Source: Candidatus Woesearchaeota archaeon (GTDB lineage Archaea > Nanobdellota > Nanobdellia > Woesearchaeales > WAPJ01). Taken from it: 64,000 bases of DNA. The translations under genes and the position numbers were made by a program. The stretch lies in NCBI GenBank assembly GCA_047602885.1, contig JBLKOQ010000002.1, forward strand, positions 5,464-69,463. The letters are read 5' to 3'. The notes beneath the pieces are model-generated. The model was not told the DNA's origin. It ran no database searches and saw only the letters and a program-made list of their open reading frames with translations. This document shows, piece after piece, positions 1-9,726 of this stretch (position 1 is its first letter; each line of letters begins with the position of its first letter).

Positions 1-415
1 CTTCCTAAAAAGGATATTGGTGCTCGCAAAGGAGGATGCAAGGTTCTTGAAGAGAAACAAGGACTTGATAGCAGGAATGCTTTCTGCTAACGAGCATAAG
101 ACAACATTCCTCGAGTCTGCAGAAGCCTCTATTAGCAGTGAAGAACAATTTATTACCACTCTTAACTACCTTACAAGCCTTAAGAAGGATACTGACAGAC
201 TATTAAAGGACATGGATAGGTGCAAGTCCATAGTAGAAAAGGCTATAGACACTCAGGAGGTTAGCAGTAAGGATATCAGTTTTGTTGAAATGACCAGGTT
301 TAAGGCGCACAGGCTTATGGAAGAGGTTGGCCGTATAGGCAGTTATGTTCCTGGATTGAGAAGTCTTGATGCTGAGTCTGCAAGAACGTTAGGAATGCTA
401 GGGGACATTATTTAG
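1..415 (+). CDS. Hypothetical protein, probably 5'-partial
   Basis: The frame of ORF 17..415 is open back to the window edge. It is helical and charged, with no recognised motif. Confidence 0.6.
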   Translation, partial: FLKRILVLAKEDARFLKRNKDLIAGMLSANEHKTTFLESAEASISSEEQFITTLNYLTSLKKDTDRLLKDMDRCKSIVEKAIDTQEVSSKDISFVEMTRFKAHRLMEEVGRIGSYVPGLRSLDAESARTLGMLGDII

Positions 416-1952
416 GAAGTGTTCCTTGCCTGTTGTCTTTTGCTATAATGCTCGTACCCTTAATCTTTTGAGCTGTCTTTAGTCCGACGAGCAATTCCAA
501 TTTTCTTATGTCTGTTTTGAGTATGTCTGTTCTGGTCCTTATGTTATTATTGTATAGTATTCTCGCTCTTTTTCTTCCTATGCCTTTTATTCTGACTAGG
601 CTTATTAGTTCTTGGGATACTCCGTTCTTTATCATTAGTCTTAGCTTTTGGAATGTGGTTCTTTCACCATTCTTCTCTATTATCCTGCAGATCTCTGTGG
701 CACTATAGCATAGCCAGTCATAAATCGTGAGTTTCGCATGAAACTCTCCAGGTGTAATATCATATTTTTCCATTAGGCTCTTCTCATCCTCTTCTTTGAT
801 CCATGATTCCATTATTATTGCTAGTTTGAGTGTCTTTAGGAATGCCTCGTAGTCATAGTCATGGTCCTCTTCTCCCACCAATAACTCTTCTTTTCCTAGC
901 TGTTCTTCTATTGTCTCATAGTCTTTTTTTCTTATGCTAGGATAGGGCTTTAGCTCTAATGACTGTGCGAGCAAGTGTATTAGAGGAAACCATCCGTATG
1001 ATGCAATACTGTTATTCTTGATATGTTTGATTATTATTGATGCTGATAGGGGATCAAGATATAATTCTGATATCCTATTGCCTAGCAGTGTGCTTTTTAT
1101 ACTATTATTTTTTAGTATGTCGTAAGCGCTGCTATATAGGTCGTCAGCGTCATTCTCTTGTGTTGCCCTGCTCATTATTATGAAGTTATTATCTTCTAAG
1201 AATTTGAGTATCCTCCTTAGTATTATCATTATTCTCTGCTTGTCCTTGTACTGGTATCCGTAGAAGCTGTTGTTCATGAACTCCAATAGTTCTTCCTCGC
1301 TATTGGCATGGCCTTGCACTATTAGTGATAGTATATGGCTTCTTAGTGCTGGCTCTGCTGCCAGCTTGCTGTATATCTCTTCTGGAATTCCATTAATGTA
1401 CCTGTCTTTTAGTATGTTCATCTCGCCTTCTGATTGTGCTATTAGAAAGCATTCTCCGTGCGTATCGTATGAAGGCCTGCCTGACCTTCCTGCCATCTGT
1501 AAGTACTCCAATACGGGTATGTAGTCCATTCCCCTATGACCGTATCTTTTAACATCTCTTATTATGGTCCTGTAGCTTGGAAGGTCTACTCCTGCTGCAA
1601 GTGTAGGAGTGCAGCATATTATCCTGATATTGTTTTTTCTGAACTCATCCTCTATTATCTTTCTTTGCTTGCTTGGCAGTCCTGAATGATGGAATGCCAC
1701 GCCGCTCTTAACAGCGTTCGATAACCTTTCACATTGTCTTGTAGGGTTGGGATATGTTTTTAGTATGCTATCAGATACGCTCAGTAATCCTTCTTTAACA
1801 ATCTCTTTATTATCAAGTTTTCCTATTTGTCTTGCAATGTCATCTGCTCCTTTTTCTGCGCTCCTCTTGGTACTGTAGAATATGAGTGCCTGTTTATTGT
1901 TTAGTATAGTGTCTATTGCCAGGCTCAGATGCTGTTTTTTGGGGTCTTGCAT
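408..1952 (-). CDS. hel308: Hel308/Ski2-like SF2 helicase, C-terminal part only (RecA2, winged helix, ratchet, HhH)
   Basis: GVAFHHSGL, CCTPTLAAGVDLP, QMAGRSGRP and a C-terminal IKGIGRKRAR HhH are present. There is no Walker A or DExH motif. Confidence 0.85.
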   Translation of the reverse strand: MQDPKKQHLSLAIDTILNNKQALIFYSTKRSAEKGADDIARQIGKLDNKEIVKEGLLSVSDSILKTYPNPTRQCERLSNAVKSGVAFHHSGLPSKQRKIIEDEFRKNNIRIICCTPTLAAGVDLPSYRTIIRDVKRYGHRGMDYIPVLEYLQMAGRSGRPSYDTHGECFLIAQSEGEMNILKDRYINGIPEEIYSKLAAEPALRSHILSLIVQGHANSEEELLEFMNNSFYGYQYKDKQRIMIILRRILKFLEDNNFIIMSRATQENDADDLYSSAYDILKNNSIKSTLLGNRISELYLDPLSASIIIKHIKNNSIASYGWFPLIHLLAQSLELKPYPSIRKKDYETIEEQLGKEELLVGEEDHDYDYEAFLKTLKLAIIMESWIKEEDEKSLMEKYDITPGEFHAKLTIYDWLCYSATEICRIIEKNGERTTFQKLRLMIKNGVSQELISLVRIKGIGRKRARILYNNNIRTRTDILKTDIRKLELLVGLKTAQKIKGTSIIAKDNRQGTLPK

Positions 1953-1973
1953 TTTTTATCATAGGATATGGTA

Positions 1974-2047
1974 TGGGCCCGAGGAGATTTGAACTCCCGA
2001 CCACTCGATTATCAGTCGAGCACTCCACCAGGCTAAGCTACGGGCCC
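1974..2047 (-). tRNA. tRNA-Ile(GAT)
   Basis: Cloverleaf GGGCCCG...GGGCCCA with anticodon arm CTCGA-CTGATAA-TCGAG. Confidence 0.97.
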
Positions 2048-2090
2048 ATATTATCGTCTTGGAATACAGGTTGTCTTATAAACGTTATGG

Positions 2091-2936
2091 CTATGTCATT
2101 AGCACTATTCCTTTTCTTTTGGCTTCTCTCATGGCTTTTTCGAGGAACATGCTTATTATGTCATCTCTTCTCTCAATATTTTCTGTCCATATCCTCATGT
2201 TTATAGTCAGCCTTCCATTGCTAAGGTCTGTTATTATGACTTGAGGTTCAAAGCTCTTTACAGTCTTCTTAGTTTCTATTAGTGCTGCAAAGTGAGGTAT
2301 TATTCTCTGTATTATCCTGTGTCTTGTCCTCTGCCTTAATTCTACTGTGGGTATTATCTCTCGTGCCACTACCAATAATAGTTCTTTTACATCATCATAA
2401 TCGGTTGATTGTGGTAGCATCATGGGTATTGTTATGAGACTGGCACCTGCCTTTGTATAGTTTGTTATCATGCTGTTTAGCAATACCGAGTTTGGAACGA
2501 ATATTAGCCTGCCGTTAATCCCCCTTATTTCTGTTTGCAATAATCCTATGTCTCTTACCCTGCAAACGCCTGTTCCTGCAACTTCTATCCAGTCCTCCAG
2601 TTGTATTGGCCTCCTAATGGTTATTAGGACTCCTGCTATAATATTTTGTATTACCTGCTGGCTTGAGAATGCTACTGCTATTCCTATTATTCCTAGGGAT
2701 GCTGCAAAAGCCCTTAAATCAAGATTTAAGACTTGGTATATTACTATATAGAGTCCTGCTATCATTATTCCGTATTGTATTGTTCGAGACACCCATTTGG
2801 CTTTTCCTTTGCCTATCACATTTAATAGCCTGGAGAATGCTATCTGGGATAGTATCCATGACACTATAATCGTTATTCCTATGACCAGTATGCTAAGAAG
2901 CATGTTTTCTATAATCATTGCAGTTTCAGGTTCCAT
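2091..2936 (-). CDS. mscS: Small-conductance mechanosensitive channel
   Basis: Three TM helices plus SLGIIGIAVAFSSQQVIQNIIAG and IFVPNS motifs. Confidence 0.92.
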   Translation of the reverse strand: MEPETAMIIENMLLSILVIGITIIVSWILSQIAFSRLLNVIGKGKAKWVSRTIQYGIMIAGLYIVIYQVLNLDLRAFAASLGIIGIAVAFSSQQVIQNIIAGVLITIRRPIQLEDWIEVAGTGVCRVRDIGLLQTEIRGINGRLIFVPNSVLLNSMITNYTKAGASLITIPMMLPQSTDYDDVKELLLVVAREIIPTVELRQRTRHRIIQRIIPHFAALIETKKTVKSFEPQVIITDLSNGRLTINMRIWTENIERRDDIISMFLEKAMREAKRKGIVLMT

Positions 2937-2998
2937 TATGCTGATAATATGCTGTAGATTAAAAAGCCTTTTAAATTAGTGGTTTTCCCAATCATTAG

Positions 2999-3071
2999 GC
3001 CTCCATAGCTTAGTAGGTAGAGCGCGCGGCTGTTAACCGCGAGGTCGCCAGTTCAAGTCTGGCTGGAGGCG
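2999..3071 (+). tRNA. tRNA-Asn(GTT)
   Basis: Cloverleaf with anticodon arm CGCGG-CTGTTAA-CCGCG. Confidence 0.97.
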
Positions 3072-3321
3072 CATTATCATCCCGTGCGCTAATTAGTATA
3101 TTGAAATATAAAAAGCATATTCTCGTATATTTAAAAGGCAATTTTTTTAAATCCTTTTTACTAAAGAGTAATGTTGTGCCCGCGTATTGGATAGGCAATA
3201 GAGGGCTACTAAGTGCTACTACACAATAGTAACACTTATATATGATCAAAACAATAATAAAAGTACGGTTTGGGGCCGGTTGGAGGTGTATAGATTGATA
3301 GCAGAAGCAGTATTGGTTAAA

Positions 3322-3840
3322 ATGTCCGGAGAAAATCTCAGGCTCACCCAGAAGAAGATAAGCGAGGTAGTTTCTGCTCTTGCAGGAGAGGACGCTGTAC
3401 CCGTAGTAGAGCTCATAATAAACAATCCGAGAATGTCAGAATTCATAATAGCTGAAGAGCTAGGATGGGAGATATCTAGGGTTAGGCAAGTACTCTATAG
3501 GTTGCATACTTACGGGCTTGCAGTATATAAGAGGAAAAAGGACAGGAAGAAAGGATGGTATATTAGCTATTGGACTTTCAGAAAGGAGGAGATTAGAAGC
3601 CTCATGGTAAAGCTAAGAGAGGAAAGGCTTGATCATCTTAGAGAAAGACTCGAAAGAGAAGAGAAGCACAAGGGTAATTTTTATTTGTGCTCTGCAGGTT
3701 GCATGAGGCTTGACTTTGACCAGGCTTTCGAGAATGGTTTTAAGTGCTCTGAATGCGGCCAAGTCCTGGTAAACCAGGATAACAGCAGAACTATAGAGTT
3801 CCTCAAAGAAAAGATAGCTCTTCTTGAGATGGCAAGCTGA
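3322..3840 (+). CDS. tfe: Transcription factor E (TFIIE alpha-like)
   Basis: Winged helix with GWYISYW and a zinc ribbon CSAGC...FKCSECG. ATG at 3322 was chosen over the upstream TTG. Confidence 0.92.
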   Translation: MSGENLRLTQKKISEVVSALAGEDAVPVVELIINNPRMSEFIIAEELGWEISRVRQVLYRLHTYGLAVYKRKKDRKKGWYISYWTFRKEEIRSLMVKLREERLDHLRERLEREEKHKGNFYLCSAGCMRLDFDQAFENGFKCSECGQVLVNQDNSRTIEFLKEKIALLEMAS

Positions 3841-3918
3841 TATTCATTCCAAAAATACTTTTTTCTTTATCTTCTTTGTATGGAAAGGTTCATAAACCAC
3901 TGTTAAGTATTCTTTTGC

Positions 3919-4269
3919 ATGGAAGAATTGCAGATGGTAATAGTCATAAGAAAGGATTTGAAGCTGCCTAAAGGAAAAATGGCAGTACAAGCAGCTCATG
4001 CAGCTATTAGTGTTGCTATGAAATCTAAAGATACTGATGCGTATAAGAAGTGGTATAGTCAAGGCCAGAAGAAGATACTTGTTTATTGTGAGAATGAGAA
4101 TGAATTGCTATCAATAATGCAAAAAGCCAAAGACAATAATCTTCATGTTGCATTAGTGCAGGATGCAGGCAGAACGGTAGTAGAGCCAGGCACTAAGACG
4201 TGTATAGGCATAGGTCCTGGACCGGAATCTCTATTTGTAGGATTGACAGATAAGCTTTCTTTGGTATAA
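3919..4269 (+). CDS. pth2: Peptidyl-tRNA hydrolase Pth2
   Basis: RKDLKLPKGKMAVQAAHA, VQDAGRT and IGIGP motifs. Confidence 0.96.
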   Translation: MEELQMVIVIRKDLKLPKGKMAVQAAHAAISVAMKSKDTDAYKKWYSQGQKKILVYCENENELLSIMQKAKDNNLHVALVQDAGRTVVEPGTKTCIGIGPGPESLFVGLTDKLSLV

Positions 4270-4308
4270 CCATAAGTCTTTAAAAGCAATGCGTACTCAT
4301 CTTCTTAT

Positions 4309-4382
4309 GGGCCTGTAGCATAGTCTGGATAGTGCGGCCGGCTTCGGACCGGTTGACCTGGGTTCGAATCCCAGCAGGCTCA
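4309..4382 (+). tRNA. tRNA-Arg(TCG)
   Basis: Cloverleaf with anticodon arm GCCGG-CTTCGGA-CCGGT. Confidence 0.96.
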
Positions 4383-4507
4383 TTACTATAAAATCGTATT
4401 ATTTTCGATATAAACTAGGATGTACTCATAACTTCTAAGACATAATTAAACGGATGGATAAAAGATTCAAACTAATATTTGATGGTGTTAAAATAAGGAG
4501 AAGATGG

Positions 4508-4660
4508 TCAAAAACCTAAGTTATTCCTAGTATATTTTCCTTGTGTGCGTATGTTCTCTTCAAACTCCACTAATCGTTTATACAGCTTAGAGTTTCTTAA
4601 TGTTTCAATCTCTTTCTTCATGCTTTCGTACTCCTCTCTAGAAATAGTTACATTGTCCAT
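4508..4660 (-). CDS. Small antitoxin-like protein (50 aa), not in ORF track
   Basis: Hand translation gives MDNVTISREEYESMKKEIETLRNSKLYKRLVEFEENIRTQGKYTRNNLGF, which resembles archaeal RelB/YefM-type antitoxins. A TATA-like TTTAAATA lies upstream. Confidence 0.65.
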   Translation of the reverse strand: MDNVTISREEYESMKKEIETLRNSKLYKRLVEFEENIRTQGKYTRNNLGF

Positions 4661-4732
4661 TGTTATATCGAATACCAAGAAAGTATTTAAAGATTATCCT
4701 AAAATAACCAATAATATGCAGTAATTACTCTA

Positions 4733-5329
4733 TTATCTGCTTGAGTCAGCCTGTCTTTCGAGTTCCAGTTTCCTGCTTATTGCAGTACTGTCCTGGCTGT
4801 TGCGGTATGCTGCGAGTATCTCATCGCATAGAGTATCAGTAATATTCTTGTTATTATTGAAAGCCTTCTGTCTTGCCCCTTGTGTCATTAGCCTTATTGC
4901 AATATCAACCCTTCTTTGCGGAGCGCATTCTACTGCTTTAGGATACCTTGCTCCTCCATACTCTATGGATATTACTTCTTCACGGGGAGCTGCATTCTCT
5001 ATGGCCTTTGCCAATACTTTTATAGGATTCTCTTTAGTCCTTGACTCTATCATAGTCAATACTTCTATCATAATATTATAATGCGCGTGAGACTTGCCTG
5101 TAGAGCTCTTAGCGCTGATTAAATGCTTCTTGCCCTTGTGGTTTGCATTGCTTATCTTGTTCATGAACCTCTCTACTATGAATACGTTGGACTTGTGGAA
5201 CTTATTCCTGGCATATCTTGCGCCTGTCTTGGGTACTATTCTGGGCTCGAGATTAATATAAGGCCTAACTCCAGGATCTTCTATTACTATGCCTTCTACA
5301 GTCCACTTATTGAACGCTTTTGCTTCCAT
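4733..5329 (-). CDS. rps7: 30S ribosomal protein uS7
   Basis: AIENAAPREE, CAPQRRVDIAIR and C-terminal ELERQADSSR. Confidence 0.97.
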   Translation of the reverse strand: MEAKAFNKWTVEGIVIEDPGVRPYINLEPRIVPKTGARYARNKFHKSNVFIVERFMNKISNANHKGKKHLISAKSSTGKSHAHYNIMIEVLTMIESRTKENPIKVLAKAIENAAPREEVISIEYGGARYPKAVECAPQRRVDIAIRLMTQGARQKAFNNNKNITDTLCDEILAAYRNSQDSTAISRKLELERQADSSR

Positions 5330-5384
5330 TATAAGCAGGTTCTAAGAAAGAGTTTTTAAATATTGCTGTTAATGCACTACTATA

Positions 5385-5726
5385 ATGGTTCCTAAGCCTA
5401 CGCTAAAACAGAAGAGAAGATATTGTTTGGTTGCTTTTGACAGGGAAGACCTGCCTTACGATACTATGAGAAACATTATACTCGAAAACTATAATGAATT
5501 GTATGGCTTGATAGGATTGGCCAAAGCAAGATTGTTATTTTTAAAGACAAGTACTAATAATAAGATTATATGCAGGGTCAACCTTGAAAGTATTGACAAT
5601 TTACGAGCCACTATACTGCACATTTCTTATCATAAGAGAATTAGGGTGTCATCCCGAATAATGGGAGTGTCAGGCACTCTTAAGGGATTGCGCACAAAGT
5701 TTTTTAAAGAACCATCCGCTCCTTGA
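5385..5726 (+). CDS. rnp2: RNase P protein component 2 (Pop5/Rpp14)
   Basis: PTLKQKRRY and GVSGTLK motifs, in the conserved position before psmA. Confidence 0.9.
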   Translation: MVPKPTLKQKRRYCLVAFDREDLPYDTMRNIILENYNELYGLIGLAKARLLFLKTSTNNKIICRVNLESIDNLRATILHISYHKRIRVSSRIMGVSGTLKGLRTKFFKEPSAP

Positions 5727-5812
5727 TGGCAGAGAGATAGGATGGGATTGATTAGAGTGGCTTTGTTTTTGTACAGTTACGATGAATCGTATATTGATAG
5801 GAAGGTGATATT

Positions 5813-6532
5813 ATGAGTAGTCAGCCTATGCAGCATCAGATGATGGGATATGACAGGGCTATAACCATGTTTAGTCCTGACGGCAGGTTATTGCAGGTCG
5901 AATATGCTAAGAAGACAGTAAGGCAGGGAAGCACAGCTATAGGAATAGTGTATGATGGAGGCGTACTTCTTATTACTGATAAGAGGATACTTGATCCTCT
6001 GATTATAAGCTCTTCTGTAGAGAAGATATTCAAGATTGATGAGCACATGGCAGGTGCCGCTTCAGGCATTATTAGTGATGCGAGGGTTCTTATGGACAGG
6101 GCGCAAGTAAAGAGCCAGCAGCACAAGGTAACTTATGACAGTGCTATAGATGTTATTAGCATAGTCAAAGATATTGCTGATCTCAAGCAATTGACGACTC
6201 AGAGCGGAGGCTACAGGCCTTTTGGTGTTTCTTTGTTGATAGCAGGGGCTGACAGCAGGGCCAGGCTTTATGAGACTGATCCTACAGGAATATATTTTGA
6301 GTACAAGGCAACAGCTATAGGAGAGGGTGAACTAAAAATTAAGCCAATACTGCACCAGGAGTATAAGGAGGGCATGTCATTGGACGATGCCATAAAGCTT
6401 GCTCTTAAAGGTCTAAAAACAGTATTGGAGAAGGATTTTAGTGTTGACAGGGTAGATGCGGCTTATATTAATGAGTCTGACAGGAAGTTCACCCAGGTAT
6501 CAAGAGAGCAGTTAGAAAAGCTCTCAAAGTGA
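5813..6532 (+). CDS. psmA: Proteasome alpha subunit
   Basis: GYDRAITMFSPDGRLLQVEYA and RPFGVSLL. Confidence 0.98.
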   Translation: MSSQPMQHQMMGYDRAITMFSPDGRLLQVEYAKKTVRQGSTAIGIVYDGGVLLITDKRILDPLIISSSVEKIFKIDEHMAGAASGIISDARVLMDRAQVKSQQHKVTYDSAIDVISIVKDIADLKQLTTQSGGYRPFGVSLLIAGADSRARLYETDPTGIYFEYKATAIGEGELKIKPILHQEYKEGMSLDDAIKLALKGLKTVLEKDFSVDRVDAAYINESDRKFTQVSREQLEKLSK

Positions 6533-6543
6533 TGGGGTGATAT

Positions 6544-7248
6544 GTGATGAACGAGAAGGAAAGGCTTCATATAAATCTTGCAAGGCTAAGGATAGAAGGG
6601 AAGGATTTTGAGATAATAGTAGACCCTGAAAAGGCTTTTAGGCATAAGGAGGGTGAGAAGATAGACATTAGGGAAATACTCTCAGCGCCCAATATATATT
6701 ATGATGCTAATAAGGGTATGGCTATAAGCACTGTTGACCTAAAGAACTATTTTCATACTGAGGATGTGATGGAAGCGGCTCTTAAGATACTAAAAGAGGG
6801 CGACCTACAATTGTCTGTACAGCAAAGACAGAAGTTGAGGGATGAAAAGCTTAAGAGGGTAATAGACATTATCAGCGCTAACGCTGTAGACCCTAAGACC
6901 ATGAGGCCTCATCCTTCTCAGAGGATAACGAACGCTTTAGAAGAGGTCAAATTCAAGATACTTGAAAAAGAGTCTGTAGAAGAGAATGTTAAGAGGGCTA
7001 TAGGACTGATGAGATCGTCTTTGCCCCTAAAATTTGAGGTTTTCGAGTATGATGTGGTATGCAGTCCTCAGCATATTGCTCATGTCCAGAGGACCATGAG
7101 AATGCTCGGCAATGTGAAGAGCGAGACATACCAGAATGACGGTACTTTAAGGGCTGTATTTGAGTTTCCTGCAGGAATGCTCGATACCGTAGTACAGAAG
7201 CTTAATGCTGCGACTCAGGGAAGCGTATCATTGTCCAAGAGGAACTAA
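6544..7248 (+). CDS. Ribosome maturation protein SBDS/Sdo1
   Basis: FEIIVDP and VDPKTMRPHPSQRITNAL, within the exosome operon. Confidence 0.95.
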   Translation: MMNEKERLHINLARLRIEGKDFEIIVDPEKAFRHKEGEKIDIREILSAPNIYYDANKGMAISTVDLKNYFHTEDVMEAALKILKEGDLQLSVQQRQKLRDEKLKRVIDIISANAVDPKTMRPHPSQRITNALEEVKFKILEKESVEENVKRAIGLMRSSLPLKFEVFEYDVVCSPQHIAHVQRTMRMLGNVKSETYQNDGTLRAVFEFPAGMLDTVVQKLNAATQGSVSLSKRN

Positions 7249-7271
7249 TAATAATACAATAATATGTAGGA

Positions 7272-8015
7272 GTGGATTTAATGGGAATAGTAAAAGAACA
7301 TAAAACTGTAGTAGTCCCTGGAGAAGTGCTGGCTAATGGGATGGACTACCTTCCTGGCGAAGGAACTTATCGTCAAGGAGAAGATGTAATAGCACAACAA
7401 ACAGGCCTATTGGAGGTTAAGGGACGGCTGCTTAAGATACTGCCACTTGCAGGAAAATATCTTCCCCAAAAAGGAGATACCATAATAGGCAAGATTATAG
7501 ATATTACTATGAGCGGCTGGAGAGTAGAAATTAACAGCGCATACAGTGCCATGCTGCCATTAAAGGATGCTACTTCAGCTTTTATTCCTAGAGGAGGGGA
7601 TCTTAGCAAGTACTTTGATTTTGAAGAGCATATAGTATGCCGCATATCTAATGTGACAGGACAAATGCTAGTAGACCTGTCTATGAGAGGACCAGGCCTA
7701 AGAAAGCTTGAGGAAGGAAGGATTATCCAGGTAGGGTGCACCAAGGTTCCACGAGTTATAGGAAAGCAGGGCTCCATGGTTTCTATGATAAAGCAAGCGA
7801 CCGGATGCAAGATTATTATCGGACAGAATGGACTGTGTTGGATTAGCGGCGAGCCTAAAGACGAGATATTGGCTGTTCAGACTATTAGGATGATAGAGGA
7901 TAATGCTCATATGTCAGGCCTTACAGACAAGATAAGAGAGCATCTGGAAGAAAAGACAGGCAAGACTATAAGCAGTAGCAATGATGATAAGAGGGATCAA
8001 GATGACGTACAATAA
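7272..8015 (+). CDS. rrp4: Exosome RNA-binding subunit Rrp4
   Basis: VVPGE, S1 and KH domains (PRVIGKQGSM, GQNG). Confidence 0.96.
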   Translation: MDLMGIVKEHKTVVVPGEVLANGMDYLPGEGTYRQGEDVIAQQTGLLEVKGRLLKILPLAGKYLPQKGDTIIGKIIDITMSGWRVEINSAYSAMLPLKDATSAFIPRGGDLSKYFDFEEHIVCRISNVTGQMLVDLSMRGPGLRKLEEGRIIQVGCTKVPRVIGKQGSMVSMIKQATGCKIIIGQNGLCWISGEPKDEILAVQTIRMIEDNAHMSGLTDKIREHLEEKTGKTISSSNDDKRDQDDVQ

Positions 8016-8709
8016 AAGGTTTGACGGCAGGAAATTTGACGAGACAAGGCCTATAGAGGCTAGAGCAGGTGTCATACCCCGAGCTGACGGTTCAGGATAT
8101 TTCAAGATAGGCCATACTGAGGCTTACGCCGCAGTATATGGTCCTAGGAACCTTTTTCCTAAGTTCATGCAAAACCCCCAAAAGGGAATATTGAGATGCA
8201 AATACAATATGATGCCATTCTCTGGTTCGGGAGACAGGGTCAGGCCCGGCACCAGCAGGAGGAGCAAGGAGATATCATGGGTTACGGAACAGGCACTATT
8301 GCCAGCCCTTAATCTTGAGGATTTCCCTAATAGTGTAGTAGACATTTTTATAGAACTGCCCCAGACTGATGCAGGGACCAGAGCGGCAGGAATATGCGCT
8401 GCTTCTATAGCTATTGCTGATGCAGGACTTACTATGAAAGGACTTGTAAGCGCGATAGCATGTGGCAGGGTAGGAGACAAGATAGTAGTCGACCTTACTA
8501 AAGAAGAAGAGGACTTTGATGGTGAAGGAGGAGTCGCTGACATTCCGGTGGCTATGATACCAGAGCTTGGCATAGTAACACTATTGCAGATGGACGGTCA
8601 TCTAAAGCCAGATGAATTGGATGAGGCTATGAGGATGGCAAAAGAAGCGCTCATCAGTATTAACGAAGTACAAAAGAATGCCCTTAAGGAAAGGTATTCT
8701 TTGAGGTGA
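8002..8709 (+). CDS. rrp41: Exosome subunit Rrp41
   Basis: RFDGRKFDETRPI, ADGSGY, VYGPR and DAGTR. Start taken at MTYNKR. Confidence 0.96.
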   Translation: MTYNKRFDGRKFDETRPIEARAGVIPRADGSGYFKIGHTEAYAAVYGPRNLFPKFMQNPQKGILRCKYNMMPFSGSGDRVRPGTSRRSKEISWVTEQALLPALNLEDFPNSVVDIFIELPQTDAGTRAAGICAASIAIADAGLTMKGLVSAIACGRVGDKIVVDLTKEEEDFDGEGGVADIPVAMIPELGIVTLLQMDGHLKPDELDEAMRMAKEALISINEVQKNALKERYSLR

Positions 8710-9485
8710 ATATAATGTACAGTCTCAAAAATAACATAAAAAAATATTATGATGCCAATCTAAGATATGATGGTAGGGAAATGGGCACTCTAAGAGAGCT
8801 TACCGTCAGTGTAGGAGTATCCAAGAACGCTGAAGGATCATCATTTGTAAAACTTGGAGATACCATGGTTTATGCAGGGGTTAAGATGGCAGTAGAAAAG
8901 CCTTATGACGATACTCCCAACCAAGGAAATCTAATGGTTAACGCAGAGCTAACTCCTATAGCCAGTCCATTATACGAGTCTGGACCCCCTTCAGATTTTG
9001 CTATAGAAGTCTCAAGAGTAGTTGACAGGGCTATTAGGGAGAGTCATACTATTGACCTTAATTCATTGTGCATAGAGCCTAGAGAGAAGGTGTGGGGTAT
9101 TATTATAGATATAGTACCTATTAATGATGCTGGCAATGTGCTTGACGCTAGTTCCATAGCAGCCCTTGCCGCGCTGAAGAATGCTGTATTTCCTAAACTT
9201 GTAGATAGTAAAATCGATTATAAGAATAAGGGAGACAAGCTAGTATTAAATGAAGAGCCATTACTCGTTACGGTATACAAGATTGCAGGACAGCTAGTAG
9301 TAGATCCTGATTATGAAGAGGAAGCGGCAGTGGAAGCAAGATTGTCTGTAGGCGTAGTATCTAATGGGGATATGTGCGCTTTGCAGAAGGGAATGTCAGG
9401 AATGCTATTGCCTCAAGAGATATTGGAAGCTGTAAAACTGGCAGGGAATACTGCTAAAGAGTATAGGAAGGCATTGCCTAAGTAA
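8706..9485 (+). CDS. rrp42: Exosome subunit Rrp42
   Basis: RYDGR, AEGS, VDRAIRES and NDAGN. Confidence 0.96.
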   Translation: MNIMYSLKNNIKKYYDANLRYDGREMGTLRELTVSVGVSKNAEGSSFVKLGDTMVYAGVKMAVEKPYDDTPNQGNLMVNAELTPIASPLYESGPPSDFAIEVSRVVDRAIRESHTIDLNSLCIEPREKVWGIIIDIVPINDAGNVLDASSIAALAALKNAVFPKLVDSKIDYKNKGDKLVLNEEPLLVTVYKIAGQLVVDPDYEEEAAVEARLSVGVVSNGDMCALQKGMSGMLLPQEILEAVKLAGNTAKEYRKALPK

Positions 9486-9497
9486 TGGTGATATTTT

Positions 9498-9722
9498 ATG
9501 GATGATATTAAGTATACGCGGTATGAGAAGGCCAGGATGATAGGAGCAAGGGCTTTGCAGATAGCAATGGGCGCGCCTTACGTTATTAAGCTTACCAAAA
9601 AACAGCTTGAAGAAATAAGGTACAGTCCTCTTACTATCGCAGAGATGGAATACGAAAAAAAAGTCATACCCCTAAAAATAATTAGGGACATGCCAAAATC
9701 AAGGCTGGAGCAGGAAGGATAA
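9498..9722 (+). CDS. rpoK: RNA polymerase subunit Rpo6 (K)
   Basis: TRYEKARMIGARALQIAMGAP. Confidence 0.97.
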   Translation: MDDIKYTRYEKARMIGARALQIAMGAPYVIKLTKKQLEEIRYSPLTIAEMEYEKKVIPLKIIRDMPKSRLEQEG

Positions 9723-9726
9723 TTTG

